Positions 27,095-37,480 are shown, counted from the first letter of the stretch. The stretch: 64,000 nt of DNA from an uncultured Anaerolinea sp. (GCA_964436455.1 CAYTDB010000006.1:11372-75371), one strand, 5' to 3'. The notes: a model not told the origin generated them from the sequence alone. Made by a program: numbers and translations.

Positions 27095-28167
27095 CAGTCG
27101 CCCTTGTCTGATGTGCTAAATCGAAGAACAGCAGGTGGCGTGCCGAGCAAAAGCAGGAGGGTCACAATCACGGCGGAAGTGAGACACCAGATGCACACCG
27201 CGCGAATGACGAAAGGTTCAAGGTAGGTGAGGTAAAGCGAGAAGAGGACAGCGAAGAATGCCATGCCGAAGAAGGCTAGGTCGGCGGGCCAGGCAAGGTT
27301 TGGAAGATATTTGCGCACCAGCCAGGTGGCAAACATACTCAGATAGCCGAGCAATCCCAACACGCCAACGGGCAGAAAACCAAACAACGTTGCATAACGG
27401 CTTTGCTGAACAGTGTTGCAGTCGCCGACAGGTCCGCAGACGGCTTCGATGGATTGGGTTTCTACATACGAGAGATATGCCGCCACACCGATGCCGATGA
27501 CGATCAACACAGGGATCATCAAATCACTCCACGCAGGTAGTGTGAAAGTCTTACCGAGAATGAACGCGATCACACTGTAAAGCAAGGCAACGCCCATACC
27601 AATCATGATGACGATGGCGAGCGTGAAGCCATCTGAGGACATGTTGGCAGGAATCGCGCGAGCAGTGTCGGCAGGAAGGGGTGGCTCAGTAACAACAAAT
27701 AGGTCGGATGTCGAGGAAGATGCGGGGGAAGTCGTTGGCAGGAGGTCGGCGATGATGGGATTCGATGGAAAGTCCACGCCACCTTGCACCAGATGATATT
27801 CGATCATGCCTGGCAGTTGATTCTCGACCTGGTCTGCCCCCATTAACACTTGATCGCCAATGATGAGGAACGGCACGAATGTTTGTTCCTCAGGAATTTT
27901 GTAGATGGCGGCGACCTGATAAAGCATTTCAACGTCTTCCATAGTCGCCACTTCAATCAACACCAGATCGAATTGTGCGCCATATTTCTTCTCCAAAGGC
28001 GGCAATACGTTATCCATCACCTCGTGGCAATGTGGACAGCCGTCCATCCAGAACAGTACGGCGTGGACAACAGGTTTTGATGCTGCCTTTTGCACGTGGA
28101 TAGTGATTGCCTGGCTGGAAAATATAGTCGTAAACCCAAGCAACAAGGAAATGACGATACTTTTCAT
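27094..28167 (-). CDS. Thioredoxin-VKOR fusion protein
   Basis: Signal peptide, CPHC thioredoxin, CGPVGDC loop Cys pair, CIWC active site. Confidence 0.9.
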   Translation of the reverse strand: MKSIVISLLLGFTTIFSSQAITIHVQKAASKPVVHAVLFWMDGCPHCHEVMDNVLPPLEKKYGAQFDLVLIEVATMEDVEMLYQVAAIYKIPEEQTFVPFLIIGDQVLMGADQVENQLPGMIEYHLVQGGVDFPSNPIIADLLPTTSPASSSTSDLFVVTEPPLPADTARAIPANMSSDGFTLAIVIMIGMGVALLYSVIAFILGKTFTLPAWSDLMIPVLIVIGIGVAAYLSYVETQSIEAVCGPVGDCNTVQQSRYATLFGFLPVGVLGLLGYLSMFATWLVRKYLPNLAWPADLAFFGMAFFAVLFSLYLTYLEPFVIRAVCIWCLTSAVIVTLLLLLGTPPAVLRFSTSDKGD

Positions 28168-28235
28168 GGAGGTTTTATTGTTGTCAAATTGAATATGTTT
28201 TATCGAAAAACATCCCACTGTGAGGCGGGAATGTT

Positions 28236-28487
28236 TTAGTGGGGTAGTACTCTTTCAAGCGCCGCTTCAATGATCTGTGCTTTTGGCGGATTCTGAGAAG
28301 CGATCAGTTCCCTGTCAATGTACAGGCTGGGCAGGCTCAATGGGTTGATTTGCGAGAGCTGTTTCGTATCGCCGATTTCATCAAGTTGGATGGGAACACC
28401 CAATCTCTCGGCTTCTCGAACAACCAGTTCCCGCATTCGCTGGTAGCGACGGCAGGAAGACGTGCCGTAGAGTGTTACCTGAATCAT
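28236..28487 (-). CDS. MTH895-like thioredoxin-fold protein lacking the second Cys (CxxY)
   Basis: TLYGTSSCRRY, LSLPSLYID; ATGA-coupled to the upstream gene. Confidence 0.65.
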   Translation of the reverse strand: MIQVTLYGTSSCRRYQRMRELVVREAERLGVPIQLDEIGDTKQLSQINPLSLPSLYIDRELIASQNPPKAQIIEAALERVLPH

Positions 28488-28738
28488 GAGGCAGTCTGGA
28501 GCGCATCTGCCAGCCACGTTGTCACTTCAGCGGGAGTGGGGATGCGTCCCGATGAAACAACTTTTTCGTTGATGACCAGCCCAGGGGTGGAAAGAACGTT
28601 GTACATTATGATGTCGTTGTAGTCGGTCACTTTGATGACTTCCGCTTCGATTCCCATTTCGGTGACAACTTTATGAGCGATCTGTTCCAGTCGTTTACAG
28701 TTGGCGCATCCAGAACCTAAAACTTTGATGGTTAGCAT
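28484..28738 (-). CDS. Small redox-active disulfide protein 2 (MTH895/ArsE-like)
   Basis: IKVLGSGCANC, VLSTPGLVIN...SGRIP; AAGGAG RBS. Confidence 0.9.
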   Translation of the reverse strand: MLTIKVLGSGCANCKRLEQIAHKVVTEMGIEAEVIKVTDYNDIIMYNVLSTPGLVINEKVVSSGRIPTPAEVTTWLADALQTAS

Positions 28739-28754
28739 AAGAAACTCCTTTTGA

Positions 28755-30218
28755 TTAATGTGCAATTGCCATTTTTTGAATGTTGTGACGGTTGACAAGC
28801 CATAAGGCTCCCGAGAGCAAGCCGATGAAGATGACCAAATATAACGAGACCAGCCCCATGCTCGCACCGTCCACCCACGTGCCATAGATGAGACCAGCGA
28901 GCGTGCTGAAGAGCGCAACCCAGCCCACATATACCCAGGCTTTGAAGCGACCGATGATCGTGGCTGTAATGAGTATGCTTTGCAGGCTGAGTTCGGGGTC
29001 AGAGATGAGATAGGCGAGCAGGGGTCCACGGTGCATGCCGAGACTGAGGAACATCTGCGCGATGGGAACTTCAACGAGGGTGGGGAAGTACATGAACACG
29101 CCAAAGACCACACCGACGAAATTTCCCAGCACTGTGTTTTGACCTGCAAGGGCTTGAATCCACTCGGGTTGGATCAATTCGCGGATGACGCCCACAACGA
29201 ATACGCCGACGATCAGCAACGGGAATATCTGCTTGACAAACTTCCACGATTCCCAAAGGAAGTCGCGGGTCTCACCTTCTGTCAGTTTTGTTTTAAGCAT
29301 CCAGCCCAAGGCAATGACTGCAAGTAATACGCCGAAGAACTTTCCCGTGAAGCCAATGGTCAACCCATTTGCATGAGGAGTCATACCGAGTGCGGCAACA
29401 AGCAGGGTCAGACCGACCAAAGCCGTGGAAATCCACGTCCAGGTGTTGAAGCCATCAAAGATATTTTCGATGCCTTTCCATGATGCGATCCCAATGAGCG
29501 CCAACATGCCGATGAGAATTGCACCCTGCGCTGTGACACCTTCTTCTCCTCTGGCAGGGTCAAATGGAACAAGGCGGAAGAGAGAATTTTGGAAAGTGTC
29601 CATGCCTTGAATGGGCAATGTAATTTCGCTGTATGTGTGTTTGAGAAAATCGAACTGGAAAGTGCCTGCCACGAGCAAGGCAACCAAAACCAATAGGAAG
29701 ATAACAGCCGAGCGTCGCATGGCGGCTTGACCTGCAAACATCGCATCGGTTGCGGCATCGTGTTCAGCGTCTGCACGTTGAAAGAGGAGCGCCATGATAA
29801 TGCCAATGCCGATGCCGAATGCGAGCGAAAGGACGAGACGGGCAATAGCTAGGTCCATGCCGATGACGCCGCCTGTATAAATCAACGCAAGAATATTAAT
29901 GGCTGGCGCGACGAAAAGGAACGTAATGGCAGGCCCCAGCCCAGCGCCTTTTTTATAGATTCCCGCAAAGAGCGGAATGACCGTGCAAGAGCAGACCGCC
30001 AACAAGAAACCTGCCAGAGCGGACGCTGGATAAGAAATGTACTTGGGCGTGTTACGACCAAGAAAGCGAGTGACCGTTTCTTTTGGAATGAGGGCGGTCA
30101 TTGCTCCCGCGATGTAGAAGGCGGGGAGCAGGCAGAGGAGAACATGCGCTGCAAGGTAGGAAGCGAGATTGCCAAACCCGCTGTAGAGCAAGTCGGTGAT
30201 GGAGGAAAGAATGTTCAT
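28755..30218 (-). CDS. arsP: ArsP-type (DUF318) permease
   Basis: HVLLCLLPAF, AVCSCTVIPLFAGIY, FMYFPTLVEVP. Confidence 0.85.
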   Translation of the reverse strand: MNILSSITDLLYSGFGNLASYLAAHVLLCLLPAFYIAGAMTALIPKETVTRFLGRNTPKYISYPASALAGFLLAVCSCTVIPLFAGIYKKGAGLGPAITFLFVAPAINILALIYTGGVIGMDLAIARLVLSLAFGIGIGIIMALLFQRADAEHDAATDAMFAGQAAMRRSAVIFLLVLVALLVAGTFQFDFLKHTYSEITLPIQGMDTFQNSLFRLVPFDPARGEEGVTAQGAILIGMLALIGIASWKGIENIFDGFNTWTWISTALVGLTLLVAALGMTPHANGLTIGFTGKFFGVLLAVIALGWMLKTKLTEGETRDFLWESWKFVKQIFPLLIVGVFVVGVIRELIQPEWIQALAGQNTVLGNFVGVVFGVFMYFPTLVEVPIAQMFLSLGMHRGPLLAYLISDPELSLQSILITATIIGRFKAWVYVGWVALFSTLAGLIYGTWVDGASMGLVSLYLVIFIGLLSGALWLVNRHNIQKMAIAH

Positions 30219-30613
30219 GCGGCATTCAGGCTTTCAACGGAGATCAAGACGGGCGAACACTGTGGACATTCGCAGGATGTATTCGTCTGCTGATTGAGGA
30301 GTGAGGAAACGGTTTCGGCGGAGAGTCCGCTGATGATGGCAGAGGCGGTTACAAGGTCAAGCACGGAAGCGTCTTTTAGGCTGTAGAAAATATAACGTCC
30401 TTCGCGTCGATCTTGTAGGATGTCCGCTTTGCGGAGTGCCATCAAATGTTGTGAAATGTAGGCTTGCCGCCATCCGAGTGATGCTTCTAAATGACAGACA
30501 CAGGCTTCGCCTTTGCCGATCAGGAGCAGGATGGCGATGCGTTGCGGTGAGGAAATGGCGGAGAGTGGCGCGGCGATTTGTTCTGAAACTTGTAAGATGG
30601 GTTGTTTTTTCAT
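30215..30613 (-). CDS. arsR: ArsR/SmtB family repressor
   Basis: EACVCHL, QAYISQHL, EGRYIFY, C-terminal CECPQC. Confidence 0.9.
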   Translation of the reverse strand: MKKQPILQVSEQIAAPLSAISSPQRIAILLLIGKGEACVCHLEASLGWRQAYISQHLMALRKADILQDRREGRYIFYSLKDASVLDLVTASAIISGLSAETVSSLLNQQTNTSCECPQCSPVLISVESLNAA

Positions 30614-30662
30614 ATTCGTGATCCTGAATATATTGTAGCAACACATTCAGGATCACGAATAT
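30612..30662. promoter_or_regulatory. Double ArsR operator (18-bp inverted repeat)
   Basis: ATATTCGTGATCCTGAAT (30612-30629) and ATTCAGGATCACGAATAT (30645-30662). Confidence 0.7.
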
Positions 30663-30850
30663 AACAAATGTCATGTGTAGTATGGAAATATATCCTTATT
30701 ATGAAATGGCTTCATAAAACCAGAACCACCAAAAACATCGGAAATAGACAATCTTCGATATGGTCTCAAATTGACATTTTCCAAAAAATGACTGGGGGGG
30801 ATAATCGGCATTCTGCAACATGACCGATTTATGCACAAAACCAACAACAT

Positions 30851-31410
30851 CTAAACTACTACCGCCTAAAGGCGGAAGGTTTGAGAAGCGACTGAAAGTC
30901 GCCTAAAGTTCTCCAACACGAAAATCTTCATTATCATTCGGCAACTTTTCAGACTGAGATTCAATGTACTCTGCTATGATCGCTTCTGTTACATTCCCTG
31001 AACTCGCTACCAAGTACCCTCGCGCCCAAAGATGCTGTCCCCAAAACTGCCGCCGCAATTCTCCAAACTCTTCCAGCATGTTCCGAGCGCTTCGCCCTTT
31101 CAACCTTTGCACTCATTCACTCCCCGCTCTCTGAGGTGGCACTGACACCAACAAATGCACTTGCTCTGACGCAATAGGCCCCTTCTCAATCTGCACCTCC
31201 AGTGCTTCACTCGTTTGACGGATCAACTCTCGCAAGCTGATCCCCATTTCACCACGCAGCACTTCCTTTCGATACTTCGTGATCCATACAATGTGGTATT
31301 GCAAGTCGTAACCTGTGGGTGAACCTTTTCGATCTTCAGCCATATGCTCATTTTACGCTCTTGTGGTGTTGAAAACTGCCTGCCTGAAAGGCAGGGGGTT
31401 TCACCCAATA
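30851..31410 (-). mobile_element. tnpA: IS200/IS605-family element with a tnpA pseudogene (30903-31343)
   Basis: YHIVWITKYR, LKGRS, LWARGY; HUH eroded to EQVH; in-frame stop at 31113-31115; terminal hairpins CCGCCTAAAGGCGG and CTGCCTGAAAGGCAG. Confidence 0.85.
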
Positions 31411-31495
31411 TACAGACAATAAATCTTCTGTTTGAGAGAGACACTTCCCTATCTAAATTGGCTATTTCCCTCTGTGGTTACTATGCTTCAGAATA

Positions 31496-32068
31496 CTATC
31501 TCAACAGAGGTTTGATTAGATTCCAAAGATCAGGCATTTCCATTACTTCCCCAAATCTTTTGACCCACTCTTCGATCCGTTGTATATCTAGGTTTGGATA
31601 ATTCACGGCGATGGTGCGAATATCCTCCAAATCCTTGGGGCGATGAGCAATTGCCTTCGTAATTACCAAATCTTCCGGAGTGGGGAGCCGAATTGATAGA
31701 TCTGCAAAATATTTGACACTACCTCTTTCAACCATCTCTTCTTCAAAGGGAAGAATACCAAGAGAAACATCAATATCCGTTTCTGTCGGAACATGTCTCA
31801 ATAACAAAATGCGGTTTTTTCGAGCAAAATCTTCTGCATTTTGAATGCGGGGAATGATGTTTTCTATGTTGGCAAGTTCAATGAATTTTGGAATAGACTG
31901 TGTAGACAGGAGAAACATTGCATCAACATCAGCGGTAAAACGCGGTTTTCCCAGAAAACCAACAGCAATGCCACCAATGATCACACCACGGTCATCAAAT
32001 TTGTGGAGCAAATTTTGAAGAGCTTCTATCGCCGCCCGGAACGGTTCCAGGCTTTTATCCAGCTTCAT
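31496..32068 (-). CDS. Nucleotidyltransferase (AbiEii/DUF6036-like), putative toxin
   Basis: IIGGIAV..GKPRFTADVD, EDLVITKAIAHRPKDLEDI. Confidence 0.8.
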   Translation of the reverse strand: MKLDKSLEPFRAAIEALQNLLHKFDDRGVIIGGIAVGFLGKPRFTADVDAMFLLSTQSIPKFIELANIENIIPRIQNAEDFARKNRILLLRHVPTETDIDVSLGILPFEEEMVERGSVKYFADLSIRLPTPEDLVITKAIAHRPKDLEDIRTIAVNYPNLDIQRIEEWVKRFGEVMEMPDLWNLIKPLLR

Positions 32069-32276
32069 ATTTTGCCTTTATTTTTGCCCAGCGTAGGAAT
32101 ACTTCCATTTCGCCTTCGTCATCGTTACGCTGCATGCCTGTTTCAATGGCAAAGCGAGCGATGGCATTAAGTTTCCGCCAATGTTCTTCCAGAGTCATGG
32201 CACGCAACTCCTGCCGTTCGATTTCCTCAACGGCTTTCCAGCGTTCCCTGTATAAGCGAATATCACCAACTTCCAT
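32055..32276 (-). CDS. Small helical protein, putative antitoxin partner
   Basis: 73 aa, overlaps the NTase start; TATAAT 7 nt before the ATG. Confidence 0.65.
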   Translation of the reverse strand: MEVGDIRLYRERWKAVEEIERQELRAMTLEEHWRKLNAIARFAIETGMQRNDDEGEMEVFLRWAKIKAKYEAG

Positions 32277-32352
32277 AATCTTAATTATAGCATGTTGAAT
32301 CTTTGGTTCTTTCCTTTGGATTGTAGGAGAACTGCTCAAGAAGTATGCATAG

Positions 32353-32631
32353 CACGCATACAACCACATCATTCGAGAACACTCAACTGTTTGTCATGCC
32401 GAACATGAATGGGCGCGTGACGATGATGGAGATGGCATTCGAGAAGTTCATACGAATACCACAGAAGGCATGTGGACGGATGTCCGAAATTATCTGCGTC
32501 CTTTCAAAGGTGTTCACAAAATGTATCTGAGCGGTTATGTGGCTATGGCTGAGTTTCGCAGAAACCTCAAGCGCATTTCACCAGCGTTCATTGCTGCTCT
32601 TGTGACTTTGCACAAAATCTACATATGAGCC
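32353..32631 (+). mobile_element. IS1595-family transposase C-terminal remnant with right end
   Basis: Unlisted frame: HAYNHII..TVCH..EWARDDDGDGIREVHTNTTEGMW..VRNYLRPFKGVHKMYLSGYVA*; ends TATGAGCC. Confidence 0.8.
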
Positions 32632-32772
32632 AAACTTTATGGTTCACCCTTCTTTAGAAAAACATTCACATTCCATTCACAATGATGTGATACCATAAAT
32701 TATGAGAAATCTTAGTAACACAAAGGATTGTCCGGTCGTCTGAATCCAGGACCAGACAAGGAGATCAAGTAC

Positions 32773-33900
32773 ATGAACAAAAATAGAAATATATGGCCTA
32801 TTGTCGGAATAGTCATTTTGATTACCACCGTGGTGAGTGCGTTCGTCATCATGCAACCATCAGCCAAAGATATATTGGTGGAAACCCTTGAAACATCGAA
32901 AACGATCGAAAATGGGCATGCGGTCGTCGAGATCAATGTAGACAGCCCGGAAGAAAAAGCGTCTGCGACAATTGAAGTTTGGGGTCGTCATGAATCCGAG
33001 GGTTCGGGGGCGTTCCGCTTGGAGGTTCTGAAAACCGATAAAGCGGAAGCTGCTGGCGCGGTGATCGTCAGCGATGGCAAAACTGTGTGGGCGTATTCCC
33101 CTGCGCAGGGCAAGGTGTACACAGGCACTGCCGAGGAAGCCAAGGCAGCCATGGCAGAAAAACAACCCCTGCATGAAGAGCGGGACCTGGAAGAGTTTGA
33201 TCATCCTGAAACCGCGGAAGAAGCAGTTGATAAACTTCTCGAATATTTCGAAGCCTCGCGAACAGGCAGTGAGGAAATTGCGGATGCAAACGCTTATGCA
33301 ATGGAATTGAAACCGATCCCCGAACAGATGCCAGCCGAATACACAGCCATTGGCGGACTCATCAACGTATGGATCGATCAGAACCGCAATATCCCCCTCG
33401 CCGCAGCTTACACCGGCGGGAGTATGGGTGAAGTCCGCATGACGGCATTGGAACTCGAGATCAATCAGGGCGTGGATGAATCGCTGTTCACCTTTGAAAT
33501 ACCCGCGGATGTGGAAGTCGTCCGTTTTGCGGATATGAAACCCGAGTCGCTCTCTCTGGACGAAGCAGCTGCTTCAGCGGAATTTGACTTTCTCACCCCT
33601 GAAACTCTTCCTGAGGGCGCAACATTGGTGGATGTTCTGAATGTGCGCGATGCCATTGTGCAGCGTTACACCCTGACGGATGGTGGCTCCTTCTCCATCG
33701 CGCAGGGTCAAACTGACGAGACACCAAAGCCATCCACGGAGGCGCAGGCTGTCGAGGTCCGGGGTGAAGCGGGTAGTTTGTTCGTCTCAGAAGATGGAGG
33801 GCGCGTCCTGCTGACGTGGTCAGAGGGCAATGTCTTCTTCTATGTTGCCGGTGATATTACTGCCGATCAGGCACTTGCAATTGCAGAATCCTTGAAGTAA
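32773..33900 (+). CDS. LolA-like / DUF4367-type membrane-anchored protein
   Basis: N-terminal TM, IVSDGKTVWAYSP, VDESLFTFEIP, C-terminal LTWSEG..ADQALAIAESLK. Confidence 0.75.
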   Translation: MNKNRNIWPIVGIVILITTVVSAFVIMQPSAKDILVETLETSKTIENGHAVVEINVDSPEEKASATIEVWGRHESEGSGAFRLEVLKTDKAEAAGAVIVSDGKTVWAYSPAQGKVYTGTAEEAKAAMAEKQPLHEERDLEEFDHPETAEEAVDKLLEYFEASRTGSEEIADANAYAMELKPIPEQMPAEYTAIGGLINVWIDQNRNIPLAAAYTGGSMGEVRMTALELEINQGVDESLFTFEIPADVEVVRFADMKPESLSLDEAAASAEFDFLTPETLPEGATLVDVLNVRDAIVQRYTLTDGGSFSIAQGQTDETPKPSTEAQAVEVRGEAGSLFVSEDGGRVLLTWSEGNVFFYVAGDITADQALAIAESLK

Positions 33901-35933
33901 TGACAACAGAAATAAAACTGGTTGATGTCTGCCGCCATTTTGAACTTGGCAATGTAGACGTAAAAGCGCTTGACAGGATCAACCTAGAAATCGACCAGGG
34001 CGAGTTCGTTGCCCTGGTCGGTCCATCTGGGTCGGGTAAATCGACATTGTTGAATCTGCTGGGCGGGCTGGATCGCCCGTCAAGTGGCGAACTCGATATG
34101 CAAGGGCTGGGATTGCAGGATGCAACGGAAATCGAATTGACTGCTCATCGGCGGCACAATGTCGGTTTCATCTTCCAATCATTCAACTTGTTGCCCACAC
34201 TGACCGCTTTGGAAAATGTGGCATTGCCTTTGATGTTAGGGGGTGTGTCATTGACCGAACGAAACAAACGCGCTGTGGATCTGCTCAAACGGGTTGGGCT
34301 GGAACACCGGCTCGATCATCGTCCAACCGAGTTATCAGGCGGTGAACAGCAGCGAGCAGCGATCGCGCGTGCTCTGGTCAACAATCCGCAATTGATCCTG
34401 GCAGATGAACCGACCGGCAACCTGGATTCATCGACCGGCAATGAAGTCATGCAGTTATTACGCAAACTTAACACAGAGAGCGGCGTGACCTTGATCGTGG
34501 TGACCCATGACACCGAAGTTGCCGCCTTCGCAGATCGGATCGTGTATTTGCGCGATGGGGGCATTGAAAAAATAGAAGTAACAGAAAGCGCCTCATCCAA
34601 AACATCTGTCAATCCAGCAACCAACCCAGGACCAGGATTGACTTTGAAGGGCGGTTTGTCCTTCAGTGATCTGGTGCGAACTGCCTGGGAAAATCTGCGC
34701 CGCCGTCCGGTGCGCAACGTTCTTACCGCGGCAGGTGTGCTGATCGGCATCGTTACTTTGGTGGCGATGGTTTCGTTTGGCGTTGGGGTACAGGAGGAGG
34801 TCAACCGCAACTTCAAAGCACTCGGTCTGGAGAATGTGTTCATCTCGCCAACCTTCCCCGAGGAGACGGATGCCTTCGATCCATTCGGGGTCGCCAAACC
34901 GGTACTACCGCTAACGCCGGAAACAGTTTCAGCATTTAGAGATCTGCCCGAAATTGAGACAGTAACACCGGTTTTGAACCTGCCCTCCAACATGGAGATC
35001 AGCCTTTCCTACGCGGACAAAGCGCTGCCTGTTCGACTCTCGGGCGGGTTTGCACACAGCCCGATGGGTCCGGGGATGCCCGCGCTTCCCGAGATGCTGG
35101 CAGGAGTCCCGCTGGGGGAAGGCGATACCCAAGGATTGACCCTCATCGAAGGTTTGGCAGACCAATTGCTAGAAGGAACCGATTTGGATTATGAGGACCT
35201 GGTCGGTAAACCCGTCACCTTGACCGTCCGTTTGCCGCGCGGCGAGACGAAAGAGTTCGCATCACGGCTTGTGGGAATTGAATCTGGCAGAGGTTCCAAT
35301 TCCATTGAATTGGGTTTATCCGAACGGACAGAGATCAAAGCCTGGTGGTATGGACGCCCTGACACACTGCAAACTGACGGCTACGATATGTTGGTTGTGC
35401 GCGCCGTTGATCAACTGGCTGTCCCTGCTGTGGTTGAAACCGCAAAGGGTCTGGAATTGGAAGCACAATCCCTTGGCGCCATCCTCGAAATCGCCAACCG
35501 TGTTTTGGCGATCATGCAAGCACTGCTTGGATCAGTTGGAGGGTTGGCGCTTTTGGTGGCGACCCTGGGCGTGGCAAATACCATGATGATGGCGATCTAC
35601 GAACGCACACGCGAGATCGGCGTACTCAAAGCGCTGGGCGCAACCAGTGGTGAAGTCCGTCGCATGTTCACTGCAGATGCGGTGCTGTTAGGTATTATCG
35701 GCGGGATCGCGGGTGTCATTCTGGGAACCTTGTTGGGGCGTCTTGTCGATTGGCTTGGACATCTCTATCTCGAATCCCAAGGCGTGATTGGGATCGGACA
35801 AATGTCGATCGTGCCTCCCTGGCTGGCGATTGGCGCACTGGTCTTTGCAGGTTTTATCGGTGTGCTTGGCGGACTATATCCCGCTGCCCGAGCGGCACGC
35901 CTCGACCCGGTTGTAGCACTCAAGCACGAGTAA
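33900..35933 (+). CDS. MacB-like ABC transporter (ATPase + permease)
   Basis: GPSGSGKS, LSGGEQQR, ADEPTGNLD, ERTREIGVLKALG, PAARAARLDP. Confidence 0.92.
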   Translation: MTTEIKLVDVCRHFELGNVDVKALDRINLEIDQGEFVALVGPSGSGKSTLLNLLGGLDRPSSGELDMQGLGLQDATEIELTAHRRHNVGFIFQSFNLLPTLTALENVALPLMLGGVSLTERNKRAVDLLKRVGLEHRLDHRPTELSGGEQQRAAIARALVNNPQLILADEPTGNLDSSTGNEVMQLLRKLNTESGVTLIVVTHDTEVAAFADRIVYLRDGGIEKIEVTESASSKTSVNPATNPGPGLTLKGGLSFSDLVRTAWENLRRRPVRNVLTAAGVLIGIVTLVAMVSFGVGVQEEVNRNFKALGLENVFISPTFPEETDAFDPFGVAKPVLPLTPETVSAFRDLPEIETVTPVLNLPSNMEISLSYADKALPVRLSGGFAHSPMGPGMPALPEMLAGVPLGEGDTQGLTLIEGLADQLLEGTDLDYEDLVGKPVTLTVRLPRGETKEFASRLVGIESGRGSNSIELGLSERTEIKAWWYGRPDTLQTDGYDMLVVRAVDQLAVPAVVETAKGLELEAQSLGAILEIANRVLAIMQALLGSVGGLALLVATLGVANTMMMAIYERTREIGVLKALGATSGEVRRMFTADAVLLGIIGGIAGVILGTLLGRLVDWLGHLYLESQGVIGIGQMSIVPPWLAIGALVFAGFIGVLGGLYPAARAARLDPVVALKHE

Positions 35934-36095
35934 ATATCAAGGAACGAACGACTGGGTTCTTTCCGCTCCCATCCTGTCCGCCGATGAACACTCCCTGTTT
36001 TGGAGTGTTTTGTTTAGGATTTACCTGCCCTCATTGGGAATGGTGATATTCCCCTGATGGGGACGATGTCGAATCCCGCCCATTCGCCTGAGTAT

Positions 36096-37463
36096 TTACT
36101 CTGCACGCGACCGATAGAATAACCATCTCCCCAACATTTCTTCCATTACGACCAACATGAACACGAGAGCGCCAACCCAGGTAATATTTGAAGGCTGGAG
36201 GAATCCCGCCACAGCAAACACCATCCCTATAAGGATCAAAACGATTCTGGCATGGTGATATATATGATCGGATTTCCGCTTTTGCATTAATGCGAATTGA
36301 ACAATCAACAGGATGACAACTATACCGAAATGAATTGCTGTCAACGCGTTCGATACTGTCGCAAGCATGACCGACAAACCGAGCAGTAATGCAGTGATAA
36401 AGAAACTTGCATTCGTCCGCGGACTGTTCCAACCAGGCACGGCAGGGATGCGGTACACCTGCCCCATGCTGTAGACCAGCCCAATGCCTAAAATGGATGT
36501 AATCCCTGCCGCCTCAAACGTGACCGGATGCCTGGTCGCGCGTAGCAATACAGTTAAAAGCCAGCCCAAGCCAAAGAGACCCGCGAACAGGATTTCGCGG
36601 CTTAACCATGAATGGGATAGGTGGGCAAGCACGCGCCAGGCGTTCCGTTTAGTGCCAAGGTGGGCAAAGGAAGCCAGCAAACCAATTCCCAGACTGGCAC
36701 CAATGATGAGATGCGGGATCAGGTTTAGGGGCGGCATGAGGCGGTTTGTCAACATCCATAATACCCAAAATCCACCCACTGCCAATTGACCGAGCAAGGT
36801 AAAAACGACCAGCGGCACTTCATCCCAAGCTGAGGGAGTGCGGGTTTGAATTTCATCAAGATTCGCCACGGACTTCTCTTCAGCGACCTTCATCGCGGGA
36901 TGCGGCTGAATCGCGAGACGCGGTTGTGTGTGTGAATATGCCGGCAGCGGGAAAGGATGTTCTTCCGGGGAAACATCCCACAAAGCAACCCCCTGTACAA
37001 CCGTATCTCCTCCATACTCCAGCACACGCAAGGGGCATGCTGCCACACAGACGGGAGGTAATCCCTGCTCAAGCTGATCGAGGCAGAAATCACACTTGGT
37101 CATGTGCCCAGCTTGCGGGTTGTATTGAGGCGCCCCGTACGGACATGCCCAGGCACAATAGCCGCATCCAACACATTTGCTCGGATCCAGAATCACAATG
37201 CCGTCATCCCGCACGTTGTATGCATCCACCGGACAAACACCCGCGCATTTTGGATGCACGCAGTGATTACATGAGATGGACAGGTTGTAGGCAAAGACGG
37301 TATTGTTCCATGCCCCACCGTTTCGCTGCCATTCGCCGCCAGAGACTTCGACGACTCGACGCCACAATACGCCAACAGGAAGTTGGTTCTTGTCCTTGCA
37401 GGCCGCCTGACAGGCTTTGCAGCCGGAGCAGTAGGCGGAGTCGAAATGGAAGGCGTAGGTCAT
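36096..37463 (-). CDS. DmsB-DmsC fusion (Fe-S subunit + membrane anchor)
   Basis: CSGCKACQAAC, CNHC..CAGVCP, CVGCGYCAWACP, CDFC, then PLVVFT..HLG..SWLSRE..EEMLGRWLFY. Confidence 0.88.
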   Translation of the reverse strand: MTYAFHFDSAYCSGCKACQAACKDKNQLPVGVLWRRVVEVSGGEWQRNGGAWNNTVFAYNLSISCNHCVHPKCAGVCPVDAYNVRDDGIVILDPSKCVGCGYCAWACPYGAPQYNPQAGHMTKCDFCLDQLEQGLPPVCVAACPLRVLEYGGDTVVQGVALWDVSPEEHPFPLPAYSHTQPRLAIQPHPAMKVAEEKSVANLDEIQTRTPSAWDEVPLVVFTLLGQLAVGGFWVLWMLTNRLMPPLNLIPHLIIGASLGIGLLASFAHLGTKRNAWRVLAHLSHSWLSREILFAGLFGLGWLLTVLLRATRHPVTFEAAGITSILGIGLVYSMGQVYRIPAVPGWNSPRTNASFFITALLLGLSVMLATVSNALTAIHFGIVVILLIVQFALMQKRKSDHIYHHARIVLILIGMVFAVAGFLQPSNITWVGALVFMLVVMEEMLGRWLFYRSRAE

Positions 37464-37480
37464 GGTGCAATCAACAGCCT

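Noticed and set aside
31113..31115. In-frame TGA in tnpA as recoding
   Set aside because: The HUH motif and other residues are also eroded, so it is a pseudogene
35934..36095. CCCCTGATGGGG-type dyads between convergent genes
   Set aside because: No gene start nearby to regulate and no clear terminator U-tract
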